Positions 47,554 through 58,363 are shown, numbered from the stretch's first letter. The stretch is DNA of 64,000 bases from Bacteroides sp. (GCA_031554285.1 JAVBVL010000019.1:9768-73767); one strand, 5' to 3'. Translations and numbers: made by a program. The notes: generated by a model from the letters alone, not told the origin.

Positions 47554-48624
47554 ATGATAGAGGAGTTGCCCGACGACCTGGAGAATGAAGTGGACGACAT
47601 AGAGCCCGTAGGCGATGACGCCCAACTGTATGAGCACTTCCGCGTGGTGGTAGACAAAGGACAAACCATGATGCGGGTGGATAAGTTTATGTTCGACCGT
47701 CTCACGAACGCTTCGCGCAACCGCATCCAGAAAGCAGCCGATGCCGGTTACGTAATGGCTAACGGCAAACCCGTGAAGAGCAGCTACAAGGTGAAGCCGC
47801 TGGACGTAATTACCATCGTGATGGACCGTCCCCGCTACGAAAACGAAATCATTCCCGAGGACATTCCGCTCAACATTGTGTACGAAGACAAGTATGTAAT
47901 GGTGGTTAACAAACCTGCCGGACTGGTAGTACACCCGGGACACGGCAATTACACCGGTACTTTGGTAAACGCTCTTGCCTGGCACTTCAAAGATAACCCT
48001 GATTACGACGCTAACGACCCGCACGTGGGGCTGGTGCATCGTATTGACAAAGATACCTCGGGCTTGCTGGTGATAGCTAAAACACCCGACGCCAAGACCA
48101 ACCTGGGACTGCAGTTCTTCAACAAAACCACCAAGCGCAAGTACCGCGCCCTGGTATGGGGAGTGGTTGAGAACGACGAAGGAACCATAACCGGTAACAT
48201 AGGCCGTAACCCACGCGACCGCATGCAGATGACCGTGCTCGATGACCCCGAACAGGGAAAGCCCGCCGTTACGCATTACCGTGTACTTGAACGTTTAGGT
48301 TACGTAACTTTGGTAGAGTGCATCCTCGAAACAGGACGCACGCACCAAATCCGCGTACACATGAAACATATCGGCCACGTACTCTTTAACGACGAACGTT
48401 ACGGCGGTCACGAAATACTGAAGGGAACCCATTTTAGTAAATACAAACAATTCGTAAACAACTGCTTCGACACCTGCCCGCGACAGGCATTGCACGCCCT
48501 TACCCTGGGATTTGTGCATCCGGTTACCGGCGAAGAAATGAACTTCACCTCGGAGTTGCCACAGGATATGACGCAACTCATCGAGCGGTGGCGGGGCTAT
48601 GTAAGTAACAGAGATTTAGAATGA
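47554..48624 (+). CDS. rluD: RluA-family pseudouridine synthase (RluD)
   Basis: S4 domain, NKPAGLVVHPG, HRIDKDTSG, TGRTHQIR and RQALHA motifs. Confidence 0.92.
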   Translation: MIEELPDDLENEVDDIEPVGDDAQLYEHFRVVVDKGQTMMRVDKFMFDRLTNASRNRIQKAADAGYVMANGKPVKSSYKVKPLDVITIVMDRPRYENEIIPEDIPLNIVYEDKYVMVVNKPAGLVVHPGHGNYTGTLVNALAWHFKDNPDYDANDPHVGLVHRIDKDTSGLLVIAKTPDAKTNLGLQFFNKTTKRKYRALVWGVVENDEGTITGNIGRNPRDRMQMTVLDDPEQGKPAVTHYRVLERLGYVTLVECILETGRTHQIRVHMKHIGHVLFNDERYGGHEILKGTHFSKYKQFVNNCFDTCPRQALHALTLGFVHPVTGEEMNFTSELPQDMTQLIERWRGYVSNRDLE

Positions 48625-49598
48625 AACGTACCATTGCCATAGTTGCCGGGGGCGATACCTCCGAGATAGTAGTTTCCTTGCGCAGTGCACAGGGAATATA
48701 CTCCTTTATCGACAAAGAACAATACAACCTCTATATCGTCGAGATGGAAGGTTTGCGTTGGGAAGTACAACTGCCCGATGGCAGTAAAACGCCCGTCGAC
48801 CGTAACGACTTTAGCTTCCTGCTGGATGGAAACCGGGTGGTGTTCGATTTTGCCTACATTACCATTCATGGTACGCCCGGTGAAGACGGTCGCCTGCAAG
48901 GTTATTTCGACCTGCTGCGCATTCCGTACTCCTGCTGTGGCGTACTGGCTGCTGCGCTAACGTATGATAAGTTTGCCTGCAACCAATACCTCAAAGGTTT
49001 CGGTATGCGGGTGGCAGAATCGCTCCTGTTGCGCAAAGGGCAGTCGGTAAGTGATAGTGATGTGGTTGCCAAGATTGGTCTGCCCTGCTTTATCAAGCCC
49101 AGCCTGGGTGGTTCGAGCTTTGGTGTAACCAAGGTGAAGACTGCCGAACAGATACAGCCCGCCATTGCGAAAGCTTTCTCCGAAGCCGAAGAGGTACTGG
49201 TAGAAGCCTTTATGGACGGTACCGAAGTAACCTGCGGTTGCTACAAAACAAAAGAGAAGACGGTAGTGTTTCCTATTACAGAGGTGGTATCCAAGAATGA
49301 GTTCTTCGACTATGCGGCCAAGTACAACGGCGAGTCCGACGAAATTACGCCCGCCCGTATCTCCGATGAGCTCACCACGCGCATTCAAACGCTTACATCG
49401 GCTGTGTACGATATCCTGAACTGTTCAGGTATCATCCGCATCGATTATATCATTACCGAAGGCAACAAAATTAACCTGCTCGAGGTAAATACCACGCCGG
49501 GAATGACCACCACCAGCTTCATCCCCCAACAGGTGCGTGCCGCCGGGATGGATATTAAAGACGTAATGACCGATATTATAGAGAATAAGTTTCACTAA
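48621..49598 (+). CDS. ddl: D-alanine--D-alanine ligase
   Basis: HGTPGEDG, GSSFG, DYAAKY and EVNTTPGMT motifs. Confidence 0.97.
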   Translation: MKRTIAIVAGGDTSEIVVSLRSAQGIYSFIDKEQYNLYIVEMEGLRWEVQLPDGSKTPVDRNDFSFLLDGNRVVFDFAYITIHGTPGEDGRLQGYFDLLRIPYSCCGVLAAALTYDKFACNQYLKGFGMRVAESLLLRKGQSVSDSDVVAKIGLPCFIKPSLGGSSFGVTKVKTAEQIQPAIAKAFSEAEEVLVEAFMDGTEVTCGCYKTKEKTVVFPITEVVSKNEFFDYAAKYNGESDEITPARISDELTTRIQTLTSAVYDILNCSGIIRIDYIITEGNKINLLEVNTTPGMTTTSFIPQQVRAAGMDIKDVMTDIIENKFH

Positions 49599-49610
49599 TC
49601 TGTTTGCATC

Positions 49611-50756
49611 ATGAATACAGCGGAATTTGATGAAATTCGTCCGTATCACGACGAGGAGTTGCCTGCCATTTACGAGGAACTCATTACCGATCCGGGATTC
49701 CGGAAGGCTATTGAAGGCGCACTGCCGCAACTGCCTTACGAACTGTTTGTACAGAAAATGCGGATGTGCCGTACCAAGCTCGACTTCCAAAAAGCATTCT
49801 GTTACAGTTTCCTGTGGAATCTGGTGAAGGAACATGCCGACGGGCTTACGCTGGACCATACCGTACCGGCAGATAAGAAGCAGGCGTACACCTACATCTC
49901 CAACCACCGCGACATCATCCTCGACTCGGGTTTTCTCTCCATCCTGCTCATCGACCAGGGCATGGATACCGTAGAGATTGCCATTGGCGACAACCTGCTT
50001 ATCTATCCGTGGATTAAGAAGCTGGTGCGCATCAACAAATCGTTCATTGTGCAACGCGCACTCACCATGCGACAGATGCTTGAAGCTTCGGCACGCATGT
50101 CGCGTTACATGCACTATACTATTCAGGAAAAAAACCAGTCTATCTGGATTGCCCAACGTGAGGGACGCGCCAAAGATTCGGATGACCGTACGCAGGAAAG
50201 CGTGCTCAAGATGTTGGCGATGGGTGGCGAAGGCGACATCATCGACCGCCTGATGGACATGCGCATTGCTCCGCTGGCCATCTCGTACGAGTACGACCCG
50301 TGCGACTACCTTAAGGCAAAGGAGTTTCAACAGAAACGTGACATTGAAGATTTCAAGAAGTCGGCTGCCGACGACCTTGCCAACATGCAAACAGGACTGA
50401 TGGGCTACAAGGGACGGGTGCACTTCCAAACCGCTGCCTGTATCAACGACGAGCTGCAACAAGTGGACCGTTCGCTGCCCAAACCCGAACTGTTTACCGC
50501 CATTGCTGCGTTGATTGACCGCCACATACACCGTAACTACCGCCTGTACCCCGGCAATTACGTAGCGCACGACCTCCTGACAGGCACCGCCACCTTTGCC
50601 GCGCACTATACGCCCGAGGAACAACAACGCTTCGAGGCTTACATCACTCAACAAATCGGCCGTATCGACTTGCCCGCGAAGGACGAACCCTTCCTGCGTG
50701 AGAAACTCCTGCTGATGTATGCCAATCCGCTCACCAACCAATTAGCCGCCCGCTGA
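49611..50756 (+). CDS. Glycerol-phosphate acyltransferase (PlsC-like)
   Basis: SNHRDIILD (HxxxxD-like) and QREGRAKD motifs. Confidence 0.85.
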   Translation: MNTAEFDEIRPYHDEELPAIYEELITDPGFRKAIEGALPQLPYELFVQKMRMCRTKLDFQKAFCYSFLWNLVKEHADGLTLDHTVPADKKQAYTYISNHRDIILDSGFLSILLIDQGMDTVEIAIGDNLLIYPWIKKLVRINKSFIVQRALTMRQMLEASARMSRYMHYTIQEKNQSIWIAQREGRAKDSDDRTQESVLKMLAMGGEGDIIDRLMDMRIAPLAISYEYDPCDYLKAKEFQQKRDIEDFKKSAADDLANMQTGLMGYKGRVHFQTAACINDELQQVDRSLPKPELFTAIAALIDRHIHRNYRLYPGNYVAHDLLTGTATFAAHYTPEEQQRFEAYITQQIGRIDLPAKDEPFLREKLLLMYANPLTNQLAAR

Positions 50757-51400
50757 TGAGAAAGCTATCTGCCTATACGCTGCTGTTGCTGTTGCCCTTG
50801 CTGCTTAACGCTTGCAAGGACGATGGTTATGTATATCCTCCGGTGAAGTTTGAGTTCCTCACGGCACAATCGGATGCCAATGGGGCTGTAATTTCGGTAC
50901 TACCCGATAAAGGCGAACTTATGACGGTGATTGAAGACCGTTCCAACTCCAAGATAGAGTCGGGTACAACTAAACGTGTTATTTCTAATTATGAGGAAGT
51001 AAGTAGTACAGAAGCCCGTATCTACGGCCTGGCATTGACGGTATCTCCTGTTCCGCAACCTGTTGCCTCTTTTAAGGAAGGGGTTAAGACCGACCCGGCC
51101 GGCATGCAAAGCATCTGGATGGGCCGCGATTACCTCAACATGATTGTGCTGGTTAAAGGGCAAGATGGCAAGCACCTGTTTCACTTCGTTGAGTTGCAAA
51201 CCGGTACCGACTCAGGAACCGGCCGTAAGTTTGTAAACCTGTTGCTGTACCACGATGCCGGCGATGATTTTGAAGCGTACACCAAGCGGGCATATCTCTC
51301 GGTTCCCCTATCACGGTACAATGTACCCGGCGAAACAGTCGATATCTATTTCAGCCTCAATACCAACGACGGCATAAAGACATACTCCTTCGAGTATTGA
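50756..51400 (+). CDS. NigD-like lipoprotein
   Basis: Lipobox LNAC-KDD; SIW...YLN, H.FHFV, LYHDAGDD and LSVPL motifs. Confidence 0.7.
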   Translation: MRKLSAYTLLLLLPLLLNACKDDGYVYPPVKFEFLTAQSDANGAVISVLPDKGELMTVIEDRSNSKIESGTTKRVISNYEEVSSTEARIYGLALTVSPVPQPVASFKEGVKTDPAGMQSIWMGRDYLNMIVLVKGQDGKHLFHFVELQTGTDSGTGRKFVNLLLYHDAGDDFEAYTKRAYLSVPLSRYNVPGETVDIYFSLNTNDGIKTYSFEY

Positions 51401-51421
51401 TTTTGTAATATCAGGAAGCGC

Positions 51422-51607
51422 ACTCTATTGCCGTCGGTTTTAACCGACGGTTTGCGAAGCAATCAAACAATCATTTATACCTCTGTGGGTTTTAACCCCA
51501 GGCTTGATACAGTCCTGTGACTCAGAGATCTGGGGTTGAAACCCACAAAGGAAGGTCGCTTCGCTCCCCATTTCTAAACCGTCGGTTGAAACCGACGGCA
51601 ATGGAGT
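51422..51607. repeat. Nested inverted-repeat (REP/REPIN-like) element
   Basis: 32-bp outer IR (2 mismatches), each arm containing a CCGTCGGTT..AACCGACGG hairpin; 22-bp inner IR. Confidence 0.85.
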
Positions 51608-51629
51608 TACGATGAATAAAAACGAAAAG

Positions 51630-51678
51630 TTCCACAAAGCCAATAAAGACTCTGTGGAACTCTGTGTGACTCTGTGGT
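51630..51678. repeat. ACTCTGTG x3 (10-bp period) with an upstream inverted copy
   Basis: Seen directly; GTTCCACAAAG pairs with CTCTGTGGAAC. Confidence 0.7.
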
Positions 51679-51688
51679 GAACTTATCT

Positions 51689-52642
51689 TTACAACGCCTG
51701 CAACATTCTTTTCAGTACAACAGTAGCCGAAATCTCACGGTTAGCCGCTTCCGGAATCACTATCGATTGTGCACTTTCAATCACATCATCGGTAACAATC
51801 ATGTTACGACGTACCGGGAGGCAGTGCATAAAATAAGCATTGTTGGTAACAGCCATTTGGCGGTCGGCAACCGTCCACTCGCGGTCGGTGCTCAGAATCT
51901 GACCGTAGTTATCGCCCGAATAAGCCGCCCAGTTCTTGGCATAGATAAAGTCGGCTCCCTCGAAAGCCTTCATCTGATTGTACTCCACACGGGCATTGCC
52001 AACAAATTCCGGGGCCAGCTCGTACCCTTCGGGGTGTGTAATAACGAACTCATAGTCGGTAGCATTCATCCATTCGGCAAACGAGTTGGGAACGGCTTGC
52101 GGAAGCGCGCGGGGATGCGGAGCCCAGGTAAGAACTACTTTGGGACGGGCCGTCTTCTTATACTCCTCAATGGTGATCAGGTCAGCAAAGCTCTGTAACG
52201 GGTGGCGGGTAGCCGCTTCCATCGAGAACACCGGTCGACCTGAGTATTGAATAAACTGGTTGATAATTACTTCCCGGTAGTCAAAGTCGCGGTCTTCAAA
52301 GCGGGCAAACGAACGCACGCCGATGATGTCGCAGTAGCAGCCCATTACGGGGATAGCTTCCAGGATATGTTCGGGCTTATCGCCGTCCATAATCACGCCG
52401 CGTTCGGTTTCCAGTTTCCAGGCACCCTGGTTAATATCGAGCACAATGACATTCATGCCCAGGTTGGTGGCTGCCTTTTGCGTACTAAGACGGGTACGCA
52501 GGCTTGAGTTGAAGAAAATCATCATCAACGTTTTGTTGCGTCCCAGCTCTACATATTTAAAGCGGTCTTTCTTGATTTCGAATGCTTCGTCCAGTGCCGA
52601 CTTCAGGTTGCCGAGGTCTTGCACGCAAGTAAATCTTTTCAT
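51689..52642 (-). CDS. argF: N-succinyl(acetyl)ornithine carbamoyltransferase ArgF'
   Basis: SSLRTR, HPLQ, WAPHP and HCLPVRR motifs; Pro at position 90. Confidence 0.92.
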   Translation of the reverse strand: MKRFTCVQDLGNLKSALDEAFEIKKDRFKYVELGRNKTLMMIFFNSSLRTRLSTQKAATNLGMNVIVLDINQGAWKLETERGVIMDGDKPEHILEAIPVMGCYCDIIGVRSFARFEDRDFDYREVIINQFIQYSGRPVFSMEAATRHPLQSFADLITIEEYKKTARPKVVLTWAPHPRALPQAVPNSFAEWMNATDYEFVITHPEGYELAPEFVGNARVEYNQMKAFEGADFIYAKNWAAYSGDNYGQILSTDREWTVADRQMAVTNNAYFMHCLPVRRNMIVTDDVIESAQSIVIPEAANREISATVVLKRMLQAL

Positions 52643-52662
52643 TGTATATCTATATTAGTTTA

Positions 52663-53913
52663 TTAGCTTCGTACTTGTCCGTTACCCTCAATCACCCATT
52701 TGTAGGAGGTAATCTCCTCCAACCCCATGGGGCCGCGGGCGTGTAGTTTCTGGGTGCTGATGCCAATCTCGGCGCCTAAGCCGAATTGTGCTCCGTCGGT
52801 AAAAGCGGTAGATACGTTTACGTATACGCAGGCAGCATCTACAATCAAGGTAAACAACCGGGCACGTTCACTATCTTCGGTAACGATACATTCGCTGTGC
52901 TTGGAGCTGTTTTCCTGTATATGCCCCAACGCCTCTTCAAATGAAGAAACAGTCTTAACCGCCATCTTGTAATCCAGGAATTCGGTGCCGAAACTTTCTT
53001 CGGTAGCGGGTTGCAGGAGTTCGGCGGGGTAGTTGCCTTGCAGGGCACGGTAAGCCTGCGCGTCGGCATAGATAATTACGTTGCTTGCTTGCAATGGATG
53101 GCAAAGCGCGGGCAGGTCGGGCAGGCGGCTTTCGTGCACTACCACGCAATCCAACGAGTTGCATACGCTCACCCGGCGGGTTTTGGCATTGTTGATGATG
53201 GCCGCGCCTTTAGCCGCATCGCCAAACTCATCGAAATAGGTATGGCAGATACCGGCTCCCGTTTCAATAACCGGGATACTGGCGTTTTGGCGGACAAAGT
53301 TTATCAGGTTGCTGCTGCCGCGCGGAATGATAAGGTCAACATACCCTTCGGCATGGAGCAGGGCTGCTGTGGCTTCGCGGTGGGGCGGGAGCAGGGCTAC
53401 CACATCGGTATGGATGTTGTGCTGCTTCAGTACACCGTGTATCACGTTTACAATGGCGCGGTTGGAGCAATCGGCATCACTGCCTCCTTTCAAGATACAG
53501 GCGCTTCCGCTCTTGAAACAAAGTGAGAATACATCGAAACTCACATTGGGACGTGCCTCGTAGATAACGCCTATCACACCAAACGGCACGCTTACCTTGC
53601 GCAGTTTCATGCCATTGGGACGTACGCTCTCAGACAGCACCCGGCCCAGCGGAGAGGGTAGGGTGGCTACGTTGCGGATGTCGCCGGCGATGCCTTTCAA
53701 GCGGTTTGCCGTCAGCATCAGACGGTCGTACTTAGGGTCGTTCTTATCCATGCGGGCCAGGTCCTTTTCGTTCTCGGCCAGGATGTAAGCGGTATTGGCA
53801 ATGGCGGCATCGGCCACGGCATTCAATACCTGGTTGATGGTGGCATCGGTGAATACCGCCATTTGTCGGCCGGCTGTACGTACAGCGGCAAATATATCAG
53901 TGAGTGTATTCAT
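52663..53913 (-). CDS. proA: Gamma-glutamyl phosphate reductase
   Basis: YEARPNV, IPRGS, SVCNS and [16 protein letters not shown] motifs. Confidence 0.97.
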   Translation of the reverse strand: MNTLTDIFAAVRTAGRQMAVFTDATINQVLNAVADAAIANTAYILAENEKDLARMDKNDPKYDRLMLTANRLKGIAGDIRNVATLPSPLGRVLSESVRPNGMKLRKVSVPFGVIGVIYEARPNVSFDVFSLCFKSGSACILKGGSDADCSNRAIVNVIHGVLKQHNIHTDVVALLPPHREATAALLHAEGYVDLIIPRGSSNLINFVRQNASIPVIETGAGICHTYFDEFGDAAKGAAIINNAKTRRVSVCNSLDCVVVHESRLPDLPALCHPLQASNVIIYADAQAYRALQGNYPAELLQPATEESFGTEFLDYKMAVKTVSSFEEALGHIQENSSKHSECIVTEDSERARLFTLIVDAACVYVNVSTAFTDGAQFGLGAEIGISTQKLHARGPMGLEEITSYKWVIEGNGQVRS

Positions 53914-53924
53914 AACGCTCTTGT

Positions 53925-55007
53925 TTATTCAATGTACAAGTAATTGTAGTGTACCACGGCCTTTTTGCCGTGTTTGCCCATGGCTTCGCGCGCCTGCTCG
54001 GAGCTGCATCCGGCTTTGCCTACGCCTACGCTGTTGCCCCGGAAGTCGATGATGCGCACAATGTCGTCTTTCTCGAATTCGCCCTCGATGCGGGTAATAC
54101 CCACGGGAAGGATGCTCACGGCACTGTCAGAGTTCAACTTCTCGGTAGCCAACTGGTTGATGTGAATCTCGCCCTTGGCAAAACCTTCGCTGTGGGCAAT
54201 CCACTTCTTTACGCTCGATACGGGTTGGGGTGAAGGAATAAAACGGGTGCAGAGTGTATCGCACGGTTGTTGCCACAGGTCAACCAGGATATTGTCGCGC
54301 TTACCGTTGGCAATGATAACGGTAATGCCTTCGTCGGCTACCTTGCGGGCAATATTGGTCTTGGTTAGCATGCCGCCCCGTCCGAAGCTCGACTTGCTGG
54401 TTTGTATATAGCTGGAAAGGTCTTTGCCTTGTTCAATTTCGCGAATCACGCTGCTTCCCGGTTCGGCGGGGTTACCGTTGTAAATGCCGTCGATGTTGCT
54501 CAGGATGATAAGCGCCTGTGCATCCATCATGGCAGCGATGAGGCCCGACAGTTCGTCGTTGTCGGTAAACATCAGTTCGGTTACCGAGATGGTATCGTTT
54601 TCGTTGACAATGGGAATTACTCCGTTCTCGAGCATTACCGTCATGCAGTTTTTCTGGTTGAGGTAATGGCGGCGCGTACCAAAGTTCTCCTTGGTGGTAA
54701 GTACCTGTCCCACGGCAATGGCATGCTCACGGAAGAGTTCGTAGTACCGGTTGATGAGTTTGGCTTGCCCTACGGCGGAGAAGAGTTGACGCTGGTCTAC
54801 ACTGTCGAGCTTCTTCAACGTGCGCACCTCACTGCGTCCCGAAGCTACGGCTCCCGAAGAGATGAGGATAATCTCCACACCCGCCTTGTGAAGCTCGGCA
54901 ATCTGGTCGACCAGGGCTGACATGCGTGTTACGTCCAACGTTCCGTCGCGGCGTGTCAGTACGTTGCTTCCTACCTTTACGGCTATTCGTGTAAACTCTT
55001 GTTTCAT
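53925..55007 (-). CDS. proB: Glutamate 5-kinase
   Basis: VKVGS, SSGAV, NEND, DND and GGMLTK motifs; PUA domain. Confidence 0.97.
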   Translation of the reverse strand: MKQEFTRIAVKVGSNVLTRRDGTLDVTRMSALVDQIAELHKAGVEIILISSGAVASGRSEVRTLKKLDSVDQRQLFSAVGQAKLINRYYELFREHAIAVGQVLTTKENFGTRRHYLNQKNCMTVMLENGVIPIVNENDTISVTELMFTDNDELSGLIAAMMDAQALIILSNIDGIYNGNPAEPGSSVIREIEQGKDLSSYIQTSKSSFGRGGMLTKTNIARKVADEGITVIIANGKRDNILVDLWQQPCDTLCTRFIPSPQPVSSVKKWIAHSEGFAKGEIHINQLATEKLNSDSAVSILPVGITRIEGEFEKDDIVRIIDFRGNSVGVGKAGCSSEQAREAMGKHGKKAVVHYNYLYIE

Positions 55008-55082
55008 TCTGACTAACGATTTGAAAGCGCAAATATAGATATTTTTGTCGATTTGTCAGCACTGTTCTTCAAATGATTGAAG

Positions 55083-55463
55083 TAATACTCCTCCATGAGC
55101 AAAAAAACGAATTTGATTCGCCATTCGCCATCTTTTGCGACTTACCTCGTTGATTACCTGATAAATAAACGATGGCGAATCACTTTTTGATTCGCCATTC
55201 ATTCGCCATTCTTAGGGGGATTCGCCATTGGTAGTAAGCTATAATGAGTAAGTTCCAGCAGATAAAACCAACAGTTCATCAGATAAACCGCTGGTTTCAA
55301 GGGCAAAACTGCCGGTTTCAAGAGCAAGACCAGCAGTTCCGGCAAATGAAACTTTTAATCTCCGGGGTGGAACTACTAAGTTTCATAGGATGAAACAAGG
55401 AGTTTCAGGCAATGTAACAAACAGTTTCAAGGCATGGAACTCCTTGTTTCCGCTAAGAAACTA
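55083..55463. repeat. Dispersed intergenic element, copy 2
   Basis: Colinear with 15043-15408; all six ATTCGCCAT nonamers conserved; 9-10 GAAAC/GTTTC units. Confidence 0.9.
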
Positions 55464-55466
55464 CCA

Positions 55467-55697
55467 CTATTCTTCGGCTATTTCGCGGTTACGTACCAGT
55501 TCCATGGCTTGTTCGTAGTTGCCCTCATTTACCACTACGCCTACTTCCGGACTCAGATAAGGAGCCAAAGTGCCCATGATACCATCTTTAAGCGATGCCT
55601 GGATGCCGTTGCTTTCGAGTAAACCCTTGATAAGTTCTGCTTCCCAGGGGGTGCCTGTGAATACTTCTACCAGTTGAGAATCATTTTGTTCTTTCAT
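55467..55697 (-). CDS. DUF2007 (putative signal-transducing) small protein
   Basis: LVEVF.G..WEAELIKGLLESNGI pattern. Confidence 0.8.
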   Translation of the reverse strand: MKEQNDSQLVEVFTGTPWEAELIKGLLESNGIQASLKDGIMGTLAPYLSPEVGVVVNEGNYEQAMELVRNREIAEE

Positions 55698-55772
55698 ACC
55701 ATCTGTTTTTTTGTAGTTATGTACTTATAATATACTAACAAACATCGGGCAAATATGGTTGAGCTTGCCGGG

Positions 55773-56615
55773 TTATTCAATCGAGATACGTTTCACCGTA
55801 ATGTCCTGATACAGGAACATTGAAGCCGATTCAATAAACTTGTCTTCGGCCTCGGTGGTGTAAAAGAGGCAACTGCCGCCACGCGTACATTTGGCATCCA
55901 TCTCGGGGTGACGCTCCAGGTAGTTGGCCAGGCTGTTTGCCACATATTCGCCCTGCGATACAACTTGAATGCCCGAGGGCATGTACTGCTTTATCTTGGG
56001 CAACAGCAAAGGGTAGTGCGTGCAGCCCAGGATTACGGTATCAATAGCGGGGTCTTTCTCAATCAGGTGGTCGATGTGCTTGCGGATGAAGTAATCGGCA
56101 CCTTCGCCGGCGGCCTCGTTATTCTCTACCAGCGGCACCCACATGGGGCAGGCTTCGCCGGTTACCTGAATGTCGGGGAAGAGTTTGTGAATCTCCATCG
56201 GGTACGACTCAGAAAGGATGGTTCCCGAGGTAGCCAGCACACCTACGTGCCGGCTGCGGGTAATATCGCCTATGCACTCTACCGTAGGGCGGATAACCCC
56301 CAACACGCGGCGGTGCGGGTCCATGCCGGGGAGGTTGTTCATCTGGATGCTTCGCAACGCTTTGGCCGAGGCGGTGTTGCAGGCAAGTATAACCAGGTGG
56401 CATCCTTCTTCGAACAGTTTCTTAACGGCTTGCAGGGTAAACTCGTACACCACTTCGAACGAACGGGGGCCGTAGGGGGTGCGCGCGTTATCGCCAATAT
56501 AGATATAGTCGTACTCCGGCAACGCCTCCCGTATACGTTTCAGGATGGTAAGTCCGCCGTATCCGGAGTCGAATACACCGATAGGTCCGGGCGCTTGTGA
56601 AAGAAACTGTTTCAT
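55773..56615 (-). CDS. murI: Glutamate racemase
   Basis: GVFDSGYGGL, PYG, ACNTAS and LGCTHYP motifs; start MKQFLS. Confidence 0.97.
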   Translation of the reverse strand: MKQFLSQAPGPIGVFDSGYGGLTILKRIREALPEYDYIYIGDNARTPYGPRSFEVVYEFTLQAVKKLFEEGCHLVILACNTASAKALRSIQMNNLPGMDPHRRVLGVIRPTVECIGDITRSRHVGVLATSGTILSESYPMEIHKLFPDIQVTGEACPMWVPLVENNEAAGEGADYFIRKHIDHLIEKDPAIDTVILGCTHYPLLLPKIKQYMPSGIQVVSQGEYVANSLANYLERHPEMDAKCTRGGSCLFYTTEAEDKFIESASMFLYQDITVKRISIE

Positions 56616-56626
56616 GCTATTTGTTT

Positions 56627-58363
56627 TTACCAATTTTTCCAGATAACTCTTTGCTTGATTAACTCGATGTTGTTTTTACTGTGGAAGCGCTGTAACTTCA
56701 CCTTACGTTCGGGGAATATGTAGCCTCTGTGGTTATCAAGTTCTTGTGCCTCAATGGTGATAAATGTACGGGGCTGTTCTTTTTCGCCTACCCACTTCTT
56801 ATCAATCCAGGTGCCGGGGTTTGCATACAAAGTAGCGTCAATGTAGCAGTTATCGTAACCTCTGGTAAGTGCGGCCTCGTGCGTATGCCCAAATACAACG
56901 ATTTGTTTTCGTACCTTTTTATTCCAGTAGTACTGAGAGTATGCCAAATATTCGTAGACAAAGTTAAAGGCTCCCGCAACAATTGCTTCGGCAAAAGGTA
57001 CATGGGGAGAGGCTCCATTGGCTACAGACCGCTGTGCCCATTTGGCTGAGAGGTGAGTGTCAGTGTACAGTTTATACGACTTGCTCGGAACAACATCCGA
57101 CAGTTTGTACTCACCGGTATAGCCGTCTATGCCGGTAAGTATGGGAGCGTCCATGTTTTTTACGGGCTTTTTAGCGAGGATAGCCACCCAAGAGGCAATA
57201 TAGGCCAACTGGTTAGCGGTGTTGTTATCGATGTTGAGCTTGGTTTTATCTTCTGAGGTTCCGCTGGAGCGGTATAAAGCCCGGGGGATGTTGGCGTTTT
57301 CCAAATCGGCGGTAGATGCCACTTTGGTAACAAAGAAGCCCGGAGGCAGGATAGACTGCGCGGTGACATTGTCAATGTTCTTATTAGACAGCGGGTCGGG
57401 GGCATTGTAAAAATCGTACCGATGGCCATGCTCTATCACAATGTCAGAAGTAGGTTCGTATTTGCCCAGTCCGGCTTTGTCACGTGCCTGCGTAATGACT
57501 CCTTTTCCGAAATACTTATCAAAATCGCTTGCGGTAGTCAGCATGTCATGGTTGCCGGGTACATATACAATCTCTATGCCGGCGGCTTTTACCTCCTTAA
57601 ATTTGTCGACGATGGCTTGATTCGCTTTTACGATTTCTCCAAAAAACTGTTCTTCGGTGAGTTTGTTGCCTTGGGCATCGGCAAAAGTGGGGGTGTCCAT
57701 AGGGGCTACCCACTCATCTATCATGTCTCCATTAATAACCAATGCTTTAATACTGGTTTTATGTGCAATCAAATAGTCGAGGAACTCTATCAGATAGGGT
57801 CTGTTATCTATGAACCAGCAGTACCCTTTTTCGATACTTCGCGGATCGCCTAAATGCAGATCGCTGATAATAACGATTTCATTTTTAGAGGGATATACTT
57901 CTGCTAACAGGTTGCTGGTGTAGAAATAACCTTCAAATGGAGTTTGCAGGAAATGGGAGGCCAAAGATTCCAGATTTTGTGAAATACTTACCTGAAAGCA
58001 TATGCCTGCTTCGAACTCCTGGTTGTTGTTGGGGTGGATAACGACGATATCCTGGCTTCCCGCTAATAAACTGATTGTCATGGTTGAAGTGACATCTTCC
58101 AATGAACCGTCTTCGGGAATCAGCTTGCTTATCGTGATATTCTTTTCCAAAGTGGATTGGCTGATAGGTTCGTTGAACTTAAGAGTCAGTTCTTTGAGTG
58201 AAGTTACTACTTCCGGGGCTGTACCTTTAGGTAGCAATTCTACGTCGGAAGTAAAAGTTAAATAATCATTGCCATTGCCTTCGTCGCTTGAACATGCCAC
58301 AAAGGTAAGCAGGAAGCTTGTTAGTAGCAGAAACGTGTTGATCTTGTTTGAGTACGTCATCAT
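56627..58363 (-). CDS. Lipoprotein metallophosphoesterase with N-terminal Ig-like (Big_5-like) domain
   Basis: Lipobox VAC-SSD; LKFNEPI; SDLHLG, NGDMIDEW, GNHD, EHGH, FGHTH and YANPGTW motifs. Confidence 0.8.
   Translation of the reverse strand: MMTYSNKINTFLLLTSFLLTFVACSSDEGNGNDYLTFTSDVELLPKGTAPEVVTSLKELTLKFNEPISQSTLEKNITISKLIPEDGSLEDVTSTMTISLLAGSQDIVVIHPNNNQEFEAGICFQVSISQNLESLASHFLQTPFEGYFYTSNLLAEVYPSKNEIVIISDLHLGDPRSIEKGYCWFIDNRPYLIEFLDYLIAHKTSIKALVINGDMIDEWVAPMDTPTFADAQGNKLTEEQFFGEIVKANQAIVDKFKEVKAAGIEIVYVPGNHDMLTTASDFDKYFGKGVITQARDKAGLGKYEPTSDIVIEHGHRYDFYNAPDPLSNKNIDNVTAQSILPPGFFVTKVASTADLENANIPRALYRSSGTSEDKTKLNIDNNTANQLAYIASWVAILAKKPVKNMDAPILTGIDGYTGEYKLSDVVPSKSYKLYTDTHLSAKWAQRSVANGASPHVPFAEAIVAGAFNFVYEYLAYSQYYWNKKVRKQIVVFGHTHEAALTRGYDNCYIDATLYANPGTWIDKKWVGEKEQPRTFITIEAQELDNHRGYIFPERKVKLQRFHSKNNIELIKQRVIWKNW

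Noticed and set aside
49425-50741. 438-aa antisense ORF, and similar long shadows such as 41804-42790, 6368-7132 and 39516-40313
   Set aside because: Antisense to well-supported genes with no recognisable motifs; explained by codon bias
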